Below, piece after piece: positions 1 to 13,367 of a DNA stretch of 64,000 bases. The position numbers and the translations under genes were made by a program. Within the stretch, counting starts at the first letter, position 1. Every line of letters starts with the position of its first letter. Source of the stretch: Octopus sinensis (lineage: Eukaryota); contig NC_042998.1 in the NCBI RefSeq assembly GCF_006345805.1, positions 164,176,001 through 164,240,000 on the forward strand. Reading direction: 5' to 3'. Below the pieces are notes generated by a model that searched no databases, was not told where the DNA came from, and saw nothing but the letters and a program-made list of their open reading frames with translations.

Positions 1-44
1 GACTGAAACACAGTAAAGTATATATATTATATATATAATATATA

Positions 45-89
<45 letters not shown>

Positions 90-350
90 TATTATTATAT
101 ATATATATTATATATATATATATATATATACAAACATATATATATATATATCTTTAAAATCCTTAAATCCTTAAAAAGTTTTAGTCCGAAGGCGCGGCCA
201 TGCTGGGGCAACACACATTTAGTATGTCCTTTGATTAATTATATACATATATATATATATGTTTGTGTGTGTGTGTGTGGTGTGTGTGTTGTGTGTGTGT
301 GTGTGTTAATATATATATATATATATATTAATATAATATATATATATATA
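1..350. repeat. (TA)n and (TG)n microsatellites; similar tracts at 707-1045 and 2254-2470
   Basis: Direct reading. Confidence 0.95.
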
Positions 351-706
351 TGTTTCTGGCATTTGACTGCGGCCATGCTGGAGCATCTCCTTGAAGGGTC
401 TTAGTCGAAGGAATCGATCCCATGGGCTTATTTTTTAAAGCCTAGTGCATATTCTTTTGGTTCTTCTGCTGAACAGCTAGGTTATGGAAATGCAAACACA
501 CCGACACCGGTTGTCATACGATGAAGGGAGGAACAAGCACAGACACAAAGATACACACACGTAGTTTCCGTCTACTAAATCCATTCATAAACCTCTGGTC
601 AGCCCGAGGCTACAATCGAAGTCATGTGCCCAAGGTGTCACGCAGTGGAACTGAACCTAGAATCATGTGCTTGGGAAGCAAGCTTCTTACCACACACACC
701 TGCGCC
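351..706 (-). mobile_element. tRNA-derived CORE-type SINE (family A, resembling octopus OR-type SINEs)
   Basis: tRNA-like head with A/B boxes, ttgggca(a/c) CORE-like motif, tail gcatggccgcagtcaaatg. Homologous to the many copies below. Confidence 0.8.
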
Positions 707-806
707 TATATATATTATATATATATATATTATAATATATATATATGTACATGTATAGATATATACATACGTGTGTATGTATTATATATAATATATAGAT
801 ATATAT

Positions 807-845
<39 letters not shown>

Positions 846-1003
846 ACATGTATAGATATATACATACGTGTGTATGTATGTATATATATAATATATATAA
901 TGTCTATATATACATATATATATATATATTCATACATACATACATACACACACACACACGCACATATATATATATATGTATATATTATATATATATACTA
1001 TAT

Positions 1004-1039
<36 letters not shown>

Positions 1040-1070
1040 CATGTGTGTGTATGTGTCTGTGCTTTATATG

Positions 1071-1235
1071 TCACTTGTTTCAGTCATAAGAATGTGGCCA
1101 TGCTGTAGGACCTCCTTGAAAAGTTTAGTCGAGCAAATCGACCCCAGTAGTGCTTTTTTTTTCTTTAAATAAGACTGGTAGTTTCTCTATAGGAGTCTTT
1201 ATGCCGAACCGCAAAATTAAGGGAGCGTAAAAAGG

Positions 1236-1276
<41 letters not shown>

Positions 1277-1514
1277 TGTGTGTGTGTATGTGTTTGGTGT
1301 GTATTTGTGTGTCTGTGTTTGTCCCTCCACTATTGCTAGACAACCGATGTTGGTATGACTACGTCCTCGTAACCAAGCGGTTCAGCAAAAGAGACCAATA
1401 GAATAAGCGCTAAACTTATAAAGAATAAGCCCTGGGGTCAATTAGTTCGACTGAAGGCGGTGCTCCACTATGGCCGCAGTCAAATGACTGAAACAAGTAA
1501 AAGAATAACAGAAT
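1071..1514. mobile_element. Two family A SINE tails in inverted orientation joined at (CA)n(TG)n
   Basis: 1071-1236 (-) and 1285-1514 (+), with centre cacgtg at 1271-1276. Confidence 0.75.
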
Positions 1515-1881
1515 ATACAACGTCATACACATACAGATCTATATATAAGTTTTTAGAATTTGAACTCGAAGCAGATGAAGCTATTAGTAATAGCATACAA
1601 GTTTTGGGTTGAACAGCCCCTTGGATAGAAACGGCAAGAGGTTGAGCATCGTGCCACGAACCTGGGGTGTAGGGTTTTTAAACCAAATATTGTTACGCTA
1701 CTATTTATAGCTTATATGCTTCGATACCCAACGTTCCAAAGTTGAACCATTTCTTGTTCTCTCGAAGTTAGAATTCTTGTGATGTGAACAACTCACACAC
1801 GCACACATACACACACACACATACATACATACATACATACTACATAATACATACATATATATATATACATATATATATATA

Positions 1882-2253
1882 CTAGCAGTATCGCTCGGCG
1901 TTGCTCAGGTTTGTAAGGGAAATAACTATAAAGCATTTTTAGAGAGTTATAGCCAAAAAATAGCAAAAAAATGGAAAAAAAAATTTTGAGAGTTAAGAAA
2001 GGTCGAGTTGCGTCCTCATGACAGTCTGTGGTTTGTGTTTCTGATTCTCGACCCCATGTCGAATTTATCGATTTTTTTCAGAACTGGGGGAACTTTTCAA
2101 AATTTTCGCTGCGTTAGTTTTGAATTATGACATTGGGCTATGTGTGTGTCAAGTTTCATCAGAATCGGTTGAAAGCCGTGCTCAGGGTGAGGGTACAACC
2201 AAACAGACACACAGAAACACACACAGACAAACTGCCGTTTATATAGAGAGAGA
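1882..2253 (-). mobile_element. Non-autonomous Helitron
   Basis: Minus strand: A|TCTCTCTCTATATAAACGG ... subterminal GC hairpin (gagcaacgccgagcg) ... CTAG|T. Inserted between A and T, no TSD. Confidence 0.75.
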
Positions 2254-2342
2254 TATACATATATATATACATACACAATTATATAATATTATATATAATA
2301 TATATATATATATAATATATGTTATATATATTATATAACATA

Positions 2343-2374
<32 letters not shown>

Positions 2375-2406
2375 CATTATATATATATATATATATATAT
2401 AATATA

Positions 2407-2437
<31 letters not shown>

Positions 2438-2607
2438 ATATATATATATTATACATATATATATATATTTGCGAGTGTATGTAAGAATGTGTTTTACACC
2501 TGCGAAATTGACGTGCATTAGAATCGAAATAGGAAACTTATAGTTGCAAAGCGAACTTCTCAACCACAGTGGCATACCTGCGCGCGCGCGCACACACCAC
2601 ACACATA

Positions 2608-2722
2608 TTGCCAACCTCATGGTTCCGTGTTCAGTTCCACTACGTGGGTCTTGTGCGTCTTCCGCTATAGACCTAAAGCCTTGTGAGAGGATCTTGTAGT
2701 TGGAAACTGAAAGAAGCCCCTC

Positions 2723-2771
<49 letters not shown>

Positions 2772-2799
2772 TATTATATATACATATATACATGTATAT

Positions 2800-2831
<32 letters not shown>

Positions 2832-2968
2832 ATAACATATATATATATATATACATATATATGTATATATATATATTTATGTATATACGTATATATATAT
2901 TATTATATATATAACATATATAATATAATAACATATATATGTTATATATAATATATTTATGTATATAC

Positions 2969-3004
<36 letters not shown>

Positions 3005-3201
3005 GTATACATATATATATGTGTTTGTGTGTGTTCCCCATCGCCGCTTGACAACCGGTGTTGTTGTTTTTACGTCCCCGTAACCTAGCGGTACGGAAAA
3101 AGAACCGACAGATAAGCTCCATACTTTTAAAGAAATGTACTGGAGTCGAATCATTCGATCATAATTATTTAAGACGGTGCCCCAGCATGGCCGCAGTCTA
3201 A
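2608..3201 (+). mobile_element. Family A SINE with ~300-bp expanded internal (TA)n
   Basis: Head ccaacctcatggttccgtgttcagttccact, tail cagcatggccgcagtcta. An opposite head fragment lies at ~2515-2584. Confidence 0.75.
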
Positions 3202-3224
3202 TATATATATATATACACACACGA

Positions 3225-3385
3225 ATATAAGTATGTTCGTGTGTGTGCATGCGTGTGTACCCGTGTATGCATATATGTGCATGTATGTGTGCATGCGTGT
3301 GTGTGGTTTTGTGTGTGTGTGTGTGTGTGTGTCTGTTGGCGTGTGTGTCCCTCTTTCTCGCTTCACTACACACACACACACACGC

Positions 3386-3423
<38 letters not shown>

Positions 3424-4260
3424 CACACGCACACACACACAAACTCACACGCACACACACACAAACTCACACGCACCCACATACACACACGTTCGTACCT
3501 TCGCTTTTCCCTACTCCACTTCTCACTGTTTTGAACTGATTTACTCCCTCCTACATAGAGACAGTGAGAGAGAAAGAAAGAAAGAGAGAGAGAGAAAGAG
3601 AGGAATCCAAGCATATATTGTGTGAGAGGGAGAATAAAAAGAGTGAGTGTTTAAAGTAGGAGGAGCAGATAGAAGCGTGTGTCTGTTGTATTGTATGTGT
3701 GTGTGTATAAATATTTGTGTGTATGATTGTGTATGTGTGCTCTTTATTTCTTTTTTTACTTCTGTTATTTATGACTTTATTATTTCACTAATTCTCTCTC
3801 TCTCTTTTTCTCAGCCTTTATCACTCCCTCACTCACTCTATACTACTTCCTACTATCTCTATTACCCTACAGCTCTTTCTATATCTCTTTCACTCTTTAT
3901 ATCTCTCACTCACTCAGTCTATATATCTCACTCTCTCTCTGTCCCTCCCTCACCCTCACTCTATACTACTTAACTGCTACGGCTACAGGTTCATGTCAGT
4001 TCCTCCGTCTCCACCCTCTTATGTTCAACATCCTTGCTATAATGTTTCTCTTTTTACTTCTCTCCCTTTTCCTCTACATTTCTATTATTTATACCTTCCC
4101 CTGATACTCTTCCTTGTTGATATTACCTTCTCTTTTTTCCCCCATTTCTTCTCGTTATTACTACTACTCCTTTGCCTCCCCTTCCTTCTGCATGTTATTA
4201 GTTGGTTTCCCCTCTTCTAAACTCTTCAGTCCTATCACAGGCAGTCCAGCCAGTTATACG
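3225..4260. repeat. (TG)n/(CA)n/(GA)n and CT-rich low-complexity block
   Basis: Direct reading, includes a tandem acacacacaaactcacacgc repeat at ~3410-3475. Confidence 0.85.
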
Positions 4261-4455
4261 TTTACCATACGGGGAATTATTACTACTCTACGAAACATTT
4301 GAGAAAAATGTCTAACTAAAATATACAGTTCACACATAAATATATACACTCCCACACACAAATATATAAATATATATTCAACATATCAAGTTAATCTTGC
4401 ATTATTATATACACTTCTCTTCGGGTATTTCACTAAATACCAATATACACACAAG

Positions 4456-4487
<32 letters not shown>

Positions 4488-4729
4488 CCCATAACAGAAA
4501 ATATACTCTACATACGTCCATTCTTACATGCATATATGCAAACGCATAAATACATATATAAATATATACACCATACATTTTCATACGCAGTAGCGTACTT
4601 GTATACACATACATAATTTAACATATTTTCATACTATGAGGAGACGAATGTAATTCAATTATGATTTAACTATTACTGGGAAGCATGACAGAAGAAAATA
4701 TATATTGTTAGCAGGTAAACCTACTTGTC

Positions 4730-4773
<44 letters not shown>

Positions 4774-6269
4774 ATGTGTTCTCCGCCTCTTGTTTATTAT
4801 GAAGTCTGCATGTATTTTAATTATTCACTATAAATGTACTTTTACACTGTAAAACAGATTTAAACATACTTTACATTGACGGTGCGTTTTATGTTTACAC
4901 ATGCACAGGAACACACACACATATTCTTTAATATAAAAATATTCTGAGTAAAAATATTCTGAAAGGAGTTTTCAAGGGACAGGCTACGAAATATGTCGGA
5001 GTTTCCATTGAAATTTAAATGACTTGAAAAGTAATGTATACATTGATACGTTGTATAGAATTATATTAAATGTCCTAAGCAGAGGACCGCCAATCAAGGA
5101 ATTTCACAGCTGTATTCCCCGGCTTACAGGCCATCTCCAAACCGATAGTTGCGCGCATGTGTATACATTTCATGTTTTCAGATATATATATATATATGTG
5201 TGTGTGTGTACACGCGCCCGACCAAATTTACAGCTTATTTCCTGGATCTGTGTATTGGTGTGTTATCTTGACTACAAACATGAGAGTGTATTAAATTCAA
5301 TATATCAATCCACATGAGATATCGGAATAAATGACTCGGTGAATATTGTCATCATTTTCGTATTATTGTCGGATGAACTGTATGGCTTATTGTTTATAAT
5401 TATTGTTTATTCTTCACTGGTTTATCGCATACTCGTACAAATGTACATATAGGCATGCACACACACTCACATTCACACAAGTATATATAGCAGATAGATC
5501 GGGCACTGTTTACAAACGGAGATAAAAACTGCTCCATACATAAAATAGTTTGTCTTATTAGAACCTGAAGCGCCTTGAATTTTGTACAATCGAAGAGAAA
5601 GAAGCACATGAAGAAATAGTGAAACCCAATACAAGATGGTAAATAAAATACATTGGATGTTTAATCTCTTGGTGGAGGAGACCTATGTACAAAGTTGTTC
5701 CAACCGTGGCGATCATGTTTTACTGCTTTGAAAAACACAACGCGTGTCTGTCTGTGCGTGTAGTACTTTATTTTGATGGTCTTGCTTTATAAATCATTTA
5801 CTACAAACTACGAAACTATTAGTGACCTGTGTTTTATGCGTAAACTCTACTAATGTACTGTTTACAAATATGTGTGCGTGTGTGTATTTTGTGGTTGACC
5901 TATACACTTTGTTCAAAGTCAGCCGTTTTATAACAACACATGTGTTAGACTTAGATATTTGTCCGCTTGTTTCTGTAACACAAGAAATCCACACACACAC
6001 ACATCCGCGCGCATACAAACACTCGCGCGCTCTTGACACCCTTAAATCCATCTTGTAGACATCATACTGACACACAATGCGTTCGTCCCTTACACTCAAC
6101 CTGTTCGTGTCTGTTACATGTGTGTGTATATATATATTATATATATATAATACACATATATATATGTGTGTGTATAATATATACCTTTAGTGAATGCGTT
6201 AAGTCTCGGGTCTTATCGAGCAAACACACGTATGATCCGACCATAAGCAACGGGTAATTTTTTTCTTCT

Positions 6270-6840
6270 TTTTAATCCAGTCTGTATCTAGGACAACATT
6301 ATCCAGCCTGTTCCCTATTTTTTTAAGCTAACATGTTGAGAGAGATTTCTTTGGTATTTCTAGTAGGGTGAGTGACTACATAGCCTCTGCAACGGTTTGT
6401 TTTGTGTAGTCCCAAATCTACCCTTATTGATCCAAGTCGTTCTTGCTGTGACTATACCGTCTTTTTCCATCTTTTTTTTTTCTAACAGGGTATATCTGAC
6501 TACACTATCCAATGTGATTTTCATTTATTTATTTTTTTTAAGACGAAAAGTTGGGGGTGATTTGACTGCTATTTCTACCTAGCAGGTCAAGCGACTACAA
6601 ATTTATCTTGTAATAGCTATCAGGCGTTGAGCTCCATCCAGGTCCGAACTAATCGAAAGATCTTCCAACCGCGAGCAAACATTGAATATCCAAGAAAGAC
6701 TACGTTATCACCACCAACACCAACCCGCCTCCCTGTTTTTTTTTTAATTTTTATTTTTATTTTAAAGATGGATAGCATGTGTAATGTAAAGGAGGAGATT
6801 TGACTGCTCTTTCTTTCACCGAGCGACTCCTCGTGAAACT
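6270..6840. mobile_element. Three decayed copies of an old SINE-like family D; others near 8320-8500, 14215-14400, 54060-54400, 56515-56780
   Basis: Recurrent gatttgactgctatttcta(g)cagg...gcgact motif. Confidence 0.45.
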
Positions 6841-7690
6841 CCGTGTTTTGTCTGCGCTGTTGTTGGATTGTGTGTGTGTGTGTGTGCGCTCTCCTGAAAT
6901 GTCCCAGTTTAATTTAAAAAAAAAGAAAAAGAAAAAACTTACAAATGCTTACTACTAAGCTGCTACTACTACTATTACTACTACACGTCCCGTAAATCAG
7001 AACGTTTCACTAAAAATATATCACCTCGTACTGTTTACTCTAAATAGGTTTTGCAGGCGGAACTCAAATTCAAACATACACGCACCCCTTCTTCTGTCCT
7101 TGTTATTTCTGTTCAGCGTATTATATCATTCTTGTTCTTCTAGCTGGTGTTAAAATTTCTATTTGGGATGTTTTCGTTGTTGAGTTTATGATTTTCTTCT
7201 CGCTTTCTATTTGTTTATCTGGGTTTTGGTTTTATTCATTGCTGTTGTTTTTAGTAACTATCTAGTTGGATACGTTTTTGTTTATAGCCATATATTTATA
7301 CACACACGCGCACACACACACATGTATGCATCTATAGATGTGTATGTGAACTACTGGATTTATAATATCTGGGAGCATGAAATTCAGAGTAAAGATTTAC
7401 AATGAGAAAATAAGGTTCAGTTTCTAATAAAATATACATGCTGTACTTTTCACTCTTGTATATTACGTTTGTAAACAGAAGAGTTCACTAATGTGTGTGT
7501 GTGTGTGTGTAAAAGAGAGAGACAGACAGACAGACGTGTGTGTGTCATTGTCACACATCGTATTGTTGCAAGGTTTTTTTAATCCCGAGGCAAATAAATT
7601 ATTCTGTTGCTATCATCCACTGCGGCCCTCTCTACATTATTAACGTTGCGTGGTTTATTCATGTCAGTCTTGATTTGGGAGTGGGAAGAC

Positions 7691-8073
7691 CTTTTATTCA
7701 CTTGTTTTCAGTCATTAGACTGCGGCCATGCTGGGGCACCACCTTCAGTTATTTTGGTCGATTGTATCGGCTCCAATATTTGTTTATTTTTTCTTTTTTT
7801 AAACCTGGTATTTATTCTATCGGTGTCTTTGGCCGAATTGCTAAGTTACGGTAACGTAAACACACCACCACTGGCTACCAGTGGTGGGGTTCAAACACAC
7901 ACAAAGACACATACATTTGTATATATAAATACGACGAGCTTCTTTTAGTTTCCATTTGCCAAATCCACTCACCAAGCTTTGGTCGGCCCAAGGCTATAGA
8001 AGACACTTGCCCCAAGTCCCATGCAGTGGGACTGAACTCGGAACCATGTGATTGAGAAGCAAGCCTCTCACCA
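7691..8073 (-). mobile_element. Family A SINE, near full length
   Basis: Reverse complement of the consensus seen at 62537-62917. Confidence 0.85.
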
Positions 8074-9077
8074 TATATAAATCAAGGTTAGGACAGTAAG
8101 ACCACAACAAGCGTGAAGTGTGTTTGTAGTGTGAATGAAATTTGTAATAGAATTATTTTTTTGCTTTATCTTTTATTTCATCTTTTTATTTTAATTGACA
8201 ACTCTAATTAACATTCTAAAAATTAAATCTCATTCATAAACTAATTGGGGTTTTATTTCTTCCTTTATATTTTTACGTTTAGTTTTATAAAGAACAAAAT
8301 AAGTTTCAATAAGTATTGTCGTTGTTGTTTAACCCGTGGACAGGCCCCTTGATCGAAGTTATTCCCAGTTTTAACATCCTATCGTTTTGGTAATACATTC
8401 ATTGCAGGACCACATTCTTTATGCATACATCCTTTTCTCAAAGTTGTAGTATATGATTTGAGGTAGATCCCGGTGCTATTTCTAACCAACTGAATTTGCT
8501 TACTCAATGTATCTGGTTTGTTGTATTTAAGTATAAAATTATTTCAAATCGAATCGCAGAGAAATTAGTTGTGATATAGTTTGTGTTTTTGTCGGTGTAT
8601 TGGGGGGGGGGTAGTTTAGAGGGGAGGGAATAGAAAGGCAAACTTTGAGCTCCATAAATTATACAGCGAAATTGTACAATCCTCTTCTTAATTCAATTTC
8701 TTTCGGGTTTCTGGGAGATTAGCGTTCTATTTCAATGAGCTTAATCGGTTCAGTAGACTATTAAATTAATAATAATAATAAACAAAGCTTGTTAAGAGCC
8801 AAGTTGACCCCAGTCGTGCATAGAATCAAAAGTTTTTCCAGTTACGGTCAGCGTGTATTATCTTCTTCACCAGACAATACATCGAAGACCACGTTATCAA
8901 AAGTGTCCTTCGGCGGAGTCTGATCTGAGAGGTTTTGTTGCTGTTATGTAAGTTGAGCGACCGTTTAGAGGTTCGCTAGTTATGTTAGCTAGCGTGTGTC
9001 TGTGTGCGTGTGTGCAAGTTGAGCTGAGATACCTAATGTTTCCAACTGGTTGTGGTGGGGGTCCTTTCAATAGGGAA

Positions 9078-9086
9078 GAAGTAAGT
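9078..9086 (+). promoter_or_regulatory. Candidate donor of an upstream non-coding exon
   Basis: gaa|GTAAGT at 9081, 800 nt upstream of the acceptor. An alternative t|GTAAGT lies at 8948. Motif evidence only. Confidence 0.3.
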
Positions 9087-9860
9087 GTCACAATGTTATG
9101 CTCCGCTGACTTTCTTAAAATCGTTTATTCTTTTTTTTTTATGTGCTTATTTACCAAATTTTTTTCAACTGTATGTATAACAGAGCGAGCTAACTTAGGT
9201 CGCTTGTCTATGTAGTACCGCAATTTTTAACTTAAGGGAAAATTTCTCCCTGGAGAGAAATTTCAGAATTCCAGGGGAAGATTTGAGTATTCTGGGCGGC
9301 GGAGGGGGTATATTTTTTATCATTATTTACAGTGATGTTGTTTAGATTTATACCCCTTAATGTTTGATTTTTAAGGATGCTCATGTTAACTTCATATAAA
9401 AAAAAAGACTGGTAATGTAATATAAGTTGTTGTATGCAAGACTACCTTTTTTTTTTAAATTATTTTTCATTGTTATATGTAGGAGAGTGAACCGATAAAG
9501 GAGGTATACTGAAAAGCAGGTTAAGAAACATGCTGTTTTTAGAAATAGCAACCTAATCTCTCTCCAATCACCTACCGTCCTACAGAACGACACGGATAGC
9601 ACACGCTCAAATATTGTCAGAAGAAAAAAATTAACTGGAACCTCTCTTAATCACAGCTGACATGAGTCTAGACTTGACAACTGGTGTATGTTATTTAGTT
9701 AGCCCTTTGTAGCCTTAATTTCAATGCAAGTTGTAGTGGGTTTATGAACGATAGTGATGCAAGTAATAATGGTAGGGGCTAGTTTTCTAAGCAGAAGCTG
9801 ATCCTCACTCCTGCTGATCATTCTGTTATGTATTCATGTACCTTACAAGCATTCTTATCG

Positions 9861-9881
9861 TTTGTTTTCTTTCTCTTCCAG
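9861..9881 (+). promoter_or_regulatory. 3' splice acceptor
   Basis: tttgttttctttctcttccag|g: long polypyrimidine tract plus CAG|G, with CTGAT branch-point-like motifs ~60-80 nt upstream. Confidence 0.65.
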
Positions 9882-11068
9882 GACCTAAAAGTGTATAATC
9901 CGTCATCTGACTAGTCGGCTGTTTAACACCAAACCAACACCACCGGCACTACAACGAATAACTATTACAACTTAACTACACGTTGTAATCAAAGCGAGTT
10001 ACACCAGTTTCAAGAAAATTAACTGCTCGGGTTATTAATTTATTCATCATATTTTAGTGGTGTTATTTCAACATACACCTATATTTTTGAACAATAAGAA
10101 AACACAATAACCCACATTGCACAATCATCGGTTTTCACAAAACTTGTTCTTCGAGTGGATTACAGTTTATTGAAGAATTTATTTGCCTAGCATTACAGTT
10201 ACTGTTGAGCTAATTGTCTTTCACAACTTTCACAGCTGTCTTTTGCCTACATATATATTCACCCACGTGTGTCCTGAGACTTACAAGAAGTTAAACCTAT
10301 CAACAAAGCGTACTGTTCGTGCAGCAAAGCTACATCTGTGTATACGCATGTGTGGATGTATTTAAGGAATCTCTTTTGAGGGTAACTTTATTGGCGGATC
10401 GGCAGCTGTGCTTGTTCATTAGTAGTGGTAGTAGCAGTTTGCTTGTTTGGAAATTCTTGCTTCGTGCCAACAGAATAGAAATCTGTTCGCGATCACTCCG
10501 GTCAGCGCTTATTTTCGGAATTAGCAGCCTGCATACTTGAAGTAAAAGAGAAATCCTGTCGATAAATCTATTAACTTCTGACTGTTTGCTGTGAACAGTT
10601 GTGTCCAGTAGTCGGACAAGACAAACGGACGGATGACCAGCTGACAGTTTCGACACATCTGGCCTATAGCTTGGACTTACAAGTGCTAAGAAGATAGATT
10701 AAGCATTATTTCACACATTCTTTAATCACTATTATCATAATCGCCATCATCACTAGCCACGTCAGTAATATTGTAACTATCTGACAACTATCTTTATCGT
10801 GTCTCTTGTAACAAGTGCTATATTTGTCACCATACTGGATTTCTTTCCATTTTCATCAACCACCACCAAGCAGTTGAAATGTAATAAGCTACTAGCCTCA
10901 GTCATCCAACTCCATGAAAATAATATAATTTGTGTGCGTGTGTAATCTGTATTTGACGTTTGTTCATAGATTCGTCATTTTTCTGCGAATTTGTGGACGC
11001 AAGGCATACGTACGACGTTCGAAACTTGTTTCCACCCTTCACATTCGTTGACTAATGTCTGGAAAGGA
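9882..11068 (+). other. Putative long 5'UTR portion of the same ~2.3-kb exon
   Basis: Starts after a strong acceptor. Only 6 ATGs in 1187 nt (none in 9882-10347), whereas the ~250 nt upstream of the acceptor contain many. Free of SINEs and microsatellites. Confidence 0.6.
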
Positions 11069-12185
11069 ATGGAGGGGTGCTCCTGTAGTCATCACTACTG
11101 TCACCAATTGCGAAATATTCGCAACAGAACAATGCTTTCGGTCGCTCCTCCGATGGCCTACACAGAAAGAACAGTCGATCTTATTATGCCGGTGATGACC
11201 AGCGTGGCTCCTATCAGAGCTCAGTCTTTTCCTTCTGGACATCAGTTAATGAACAATCAGTCGTCGGCCATCACACCGGTTTCCAAGGACTTGCTGGCCG
11301 AGTCCCTGTCTTTTACCGACAGCGGACAGACAACCGTAGTAAAATGTTCACCAACAACACAATCGTCAAAGTTCCACCACATCTCACCGACTGTGATATC
11401 TGCAAACTTAAAGAGCGAGCGACGCCCTACTGTAAAACCAACGGCGTCACTCCTTTCCTTTCGGGGTTTTACCTCCAACTGTGAATCCAGCACCGTACAG
11501 TACTGTTGTTGCTGCCCTTCTTACTCCGATGACTCTGGGAAAGCTCCCGCTGGCTGTTCTGTCCCTGCTGATGCGTCACAGTTCAGCGGCGTCTCCAAGG
11601 AGATGCGAACCATAGATGGAGGAGGATTGCTATTGCATACATCATCACCACCACGATCATCATTATCAACACTTTCATTAAAATCATTACCACTATCGCC
11701 ACATTTTGTGTCGAAGCCGGACAAAAACTCGTCGACGTCTTCTAACACTTTCTTCCCTGCAACACGCTGTAAAAACAATCGCTGTCCTGATGCATCGGAT
11801 CTTGCGACGACGACGACGATAACAGCTGCAACAACAACAATCAATAACAAAACCTTTTCTAACTCTCCAGCGTTGGAAGATAAAAAAAAATGTACCGAAA
11901 ATATTTCACTGGCGTCATCATCATCACCATCACCACTAACGACGACAGCAACAACTTTCTTTCCTGGGTTGTCATCTCAATCATCATCGTCGTCGTCGTT
12001 GTCGTCAGTGCTGTCAGCGTTGTGTTCGCTACTGTTGACCAAGCCTCTTCTATTCGCCAGTTTGTCCGCAAATCTGTCCTCCTCTCTCACCACCACCATC
12101 GCCTCATGTCGGCAAACGGTTGCCTGGCAACCCCAGCGCCTTCTACTGCTGCTCCTTGGTCTATTAACTCTACTCTCAGTCGCAG
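11069..12185 (+). CDS. First coding exon (372 codons + 1 nt, phase-1 intron) of a probable cell-surface, secreted or membrane protein: long Ser/Thr-rich low-complexity N-terminus ending in hydrophobic WQPQRLLLLLLGLLTLLSVA(G). Family not identifiable.
   Basis: 430-codon stop-free frame (10991-12283) in a non-repetitive, visibly GC/CpG-richer segment. First in-frame ATG at 11069 in good context (ggaATGG). The hydrophobic stretch ends exactly at CAG|GTAAGT (12183-12191), after which the sequence becomes T-rich and intron-like. A phase-1 intron after a signal peptide is typical of modular extracellular proteins. Confidence 0.8.
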
Positions 12186-12191
12186 GTAAGT
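12183..12191 (+). promoter_or_regulatory. 5' splice donor
   Basis: Perfect consensus CAG|GTAAGT immediately after the hydrophobic coding stretch. Confidence 0.9.
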
Positions 12192-12714
12192 CCATCAAAC
12201 CCAAAACAAATCGCTGCAATTTTTCTTTTCAAAAATATTTATTAATTTTTTTTCTCTCTATACTCTATATTTCATTTTTTTAATTCTTTTTTTTACCCTA
12301 TATTTGCTTCCATATTTCGTCCTACCCTATACCTCTTATCTATGGCTATTATTGTATGTACTGAGTAATACTCAAGGCCGGATGGAATGTTGTGTTGCAT
12401 AGTGGCAGAAATAGTAAAGCGCTAAGTACTATTCGTGTTACGTACATTCTGAGTTCAAATCTTATCAAGAGTCGACTTAGATTTTTTTTAACTAAGTGGA
12501 AGCTCGATAACGTACCAGATGTGTGCGTGTGTAAGCATGCGACATATACATACATACATACTACATACATACATACAGGTGGACCAAAAGTTAGTTGCAC
12601 ATTAAATAGAATGGCAATGTTTGGGTGCATGACTCTTGGTCCACTCTGTGTATGTGTGTACACATATATGTATTAATTGGAATTTATAAAGACAAAGAGT
12701 TATGTGTGTGTGTG

Positions 12715-12716
12715 AG

Positions 12717-12748
<32 letters not shown>

Positions 12749-12968
12749 TATACACACACATATATATATGCATATACACACATATACACACACATATATA
12801 TATGCATATACACACATATACACACACATATATATATATGCATATACACAATACACACATATATATATATATATATGCATATACACACATACACACATAT
12901 ATATATATATATGCATATACACACATACACCATATATATATTATATATATATATGCATATACACACAT

Positions 12969-13005
<37 letters not shown>

Positions 13006-13181
13006 TATACACACATACACACATATATATTATATATATATATATATGCATATACACACATACACACATATATATTATATATATGCATATACACACATAC
13101 ACACAATATATATATATATATGCATATACACACATACACACACATATATATATCTATATATATATATATATGCATATACAC

Positions 13182-13224
<43 letters not shown>

Positions 13225-13231
13225 TATACAC

Positions 13232-13275
<44 letters not shown>

Positions 13276-13282
13276 TATACAC

Positions 13283-13324
<42 letters not shown>

Positions 13325-13335
13325 TATACACACAT

Positions 13336-13367
<32 letters not shown>

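Noticed and set aside
10991-11068. ORF-track start at 10991 and C-terminal tail to 12283
   Set aside because: 10991 is TTG, and the first ATG is 11069. Residues after 12185 are read-through into the intron.
11890-12189. Alternative-frame ORF ending at the same donor (MSANGCLATPAP...)
   Set aside because: No signal or domain features; shadow frame of the main CDS with trinucleotide repeats.
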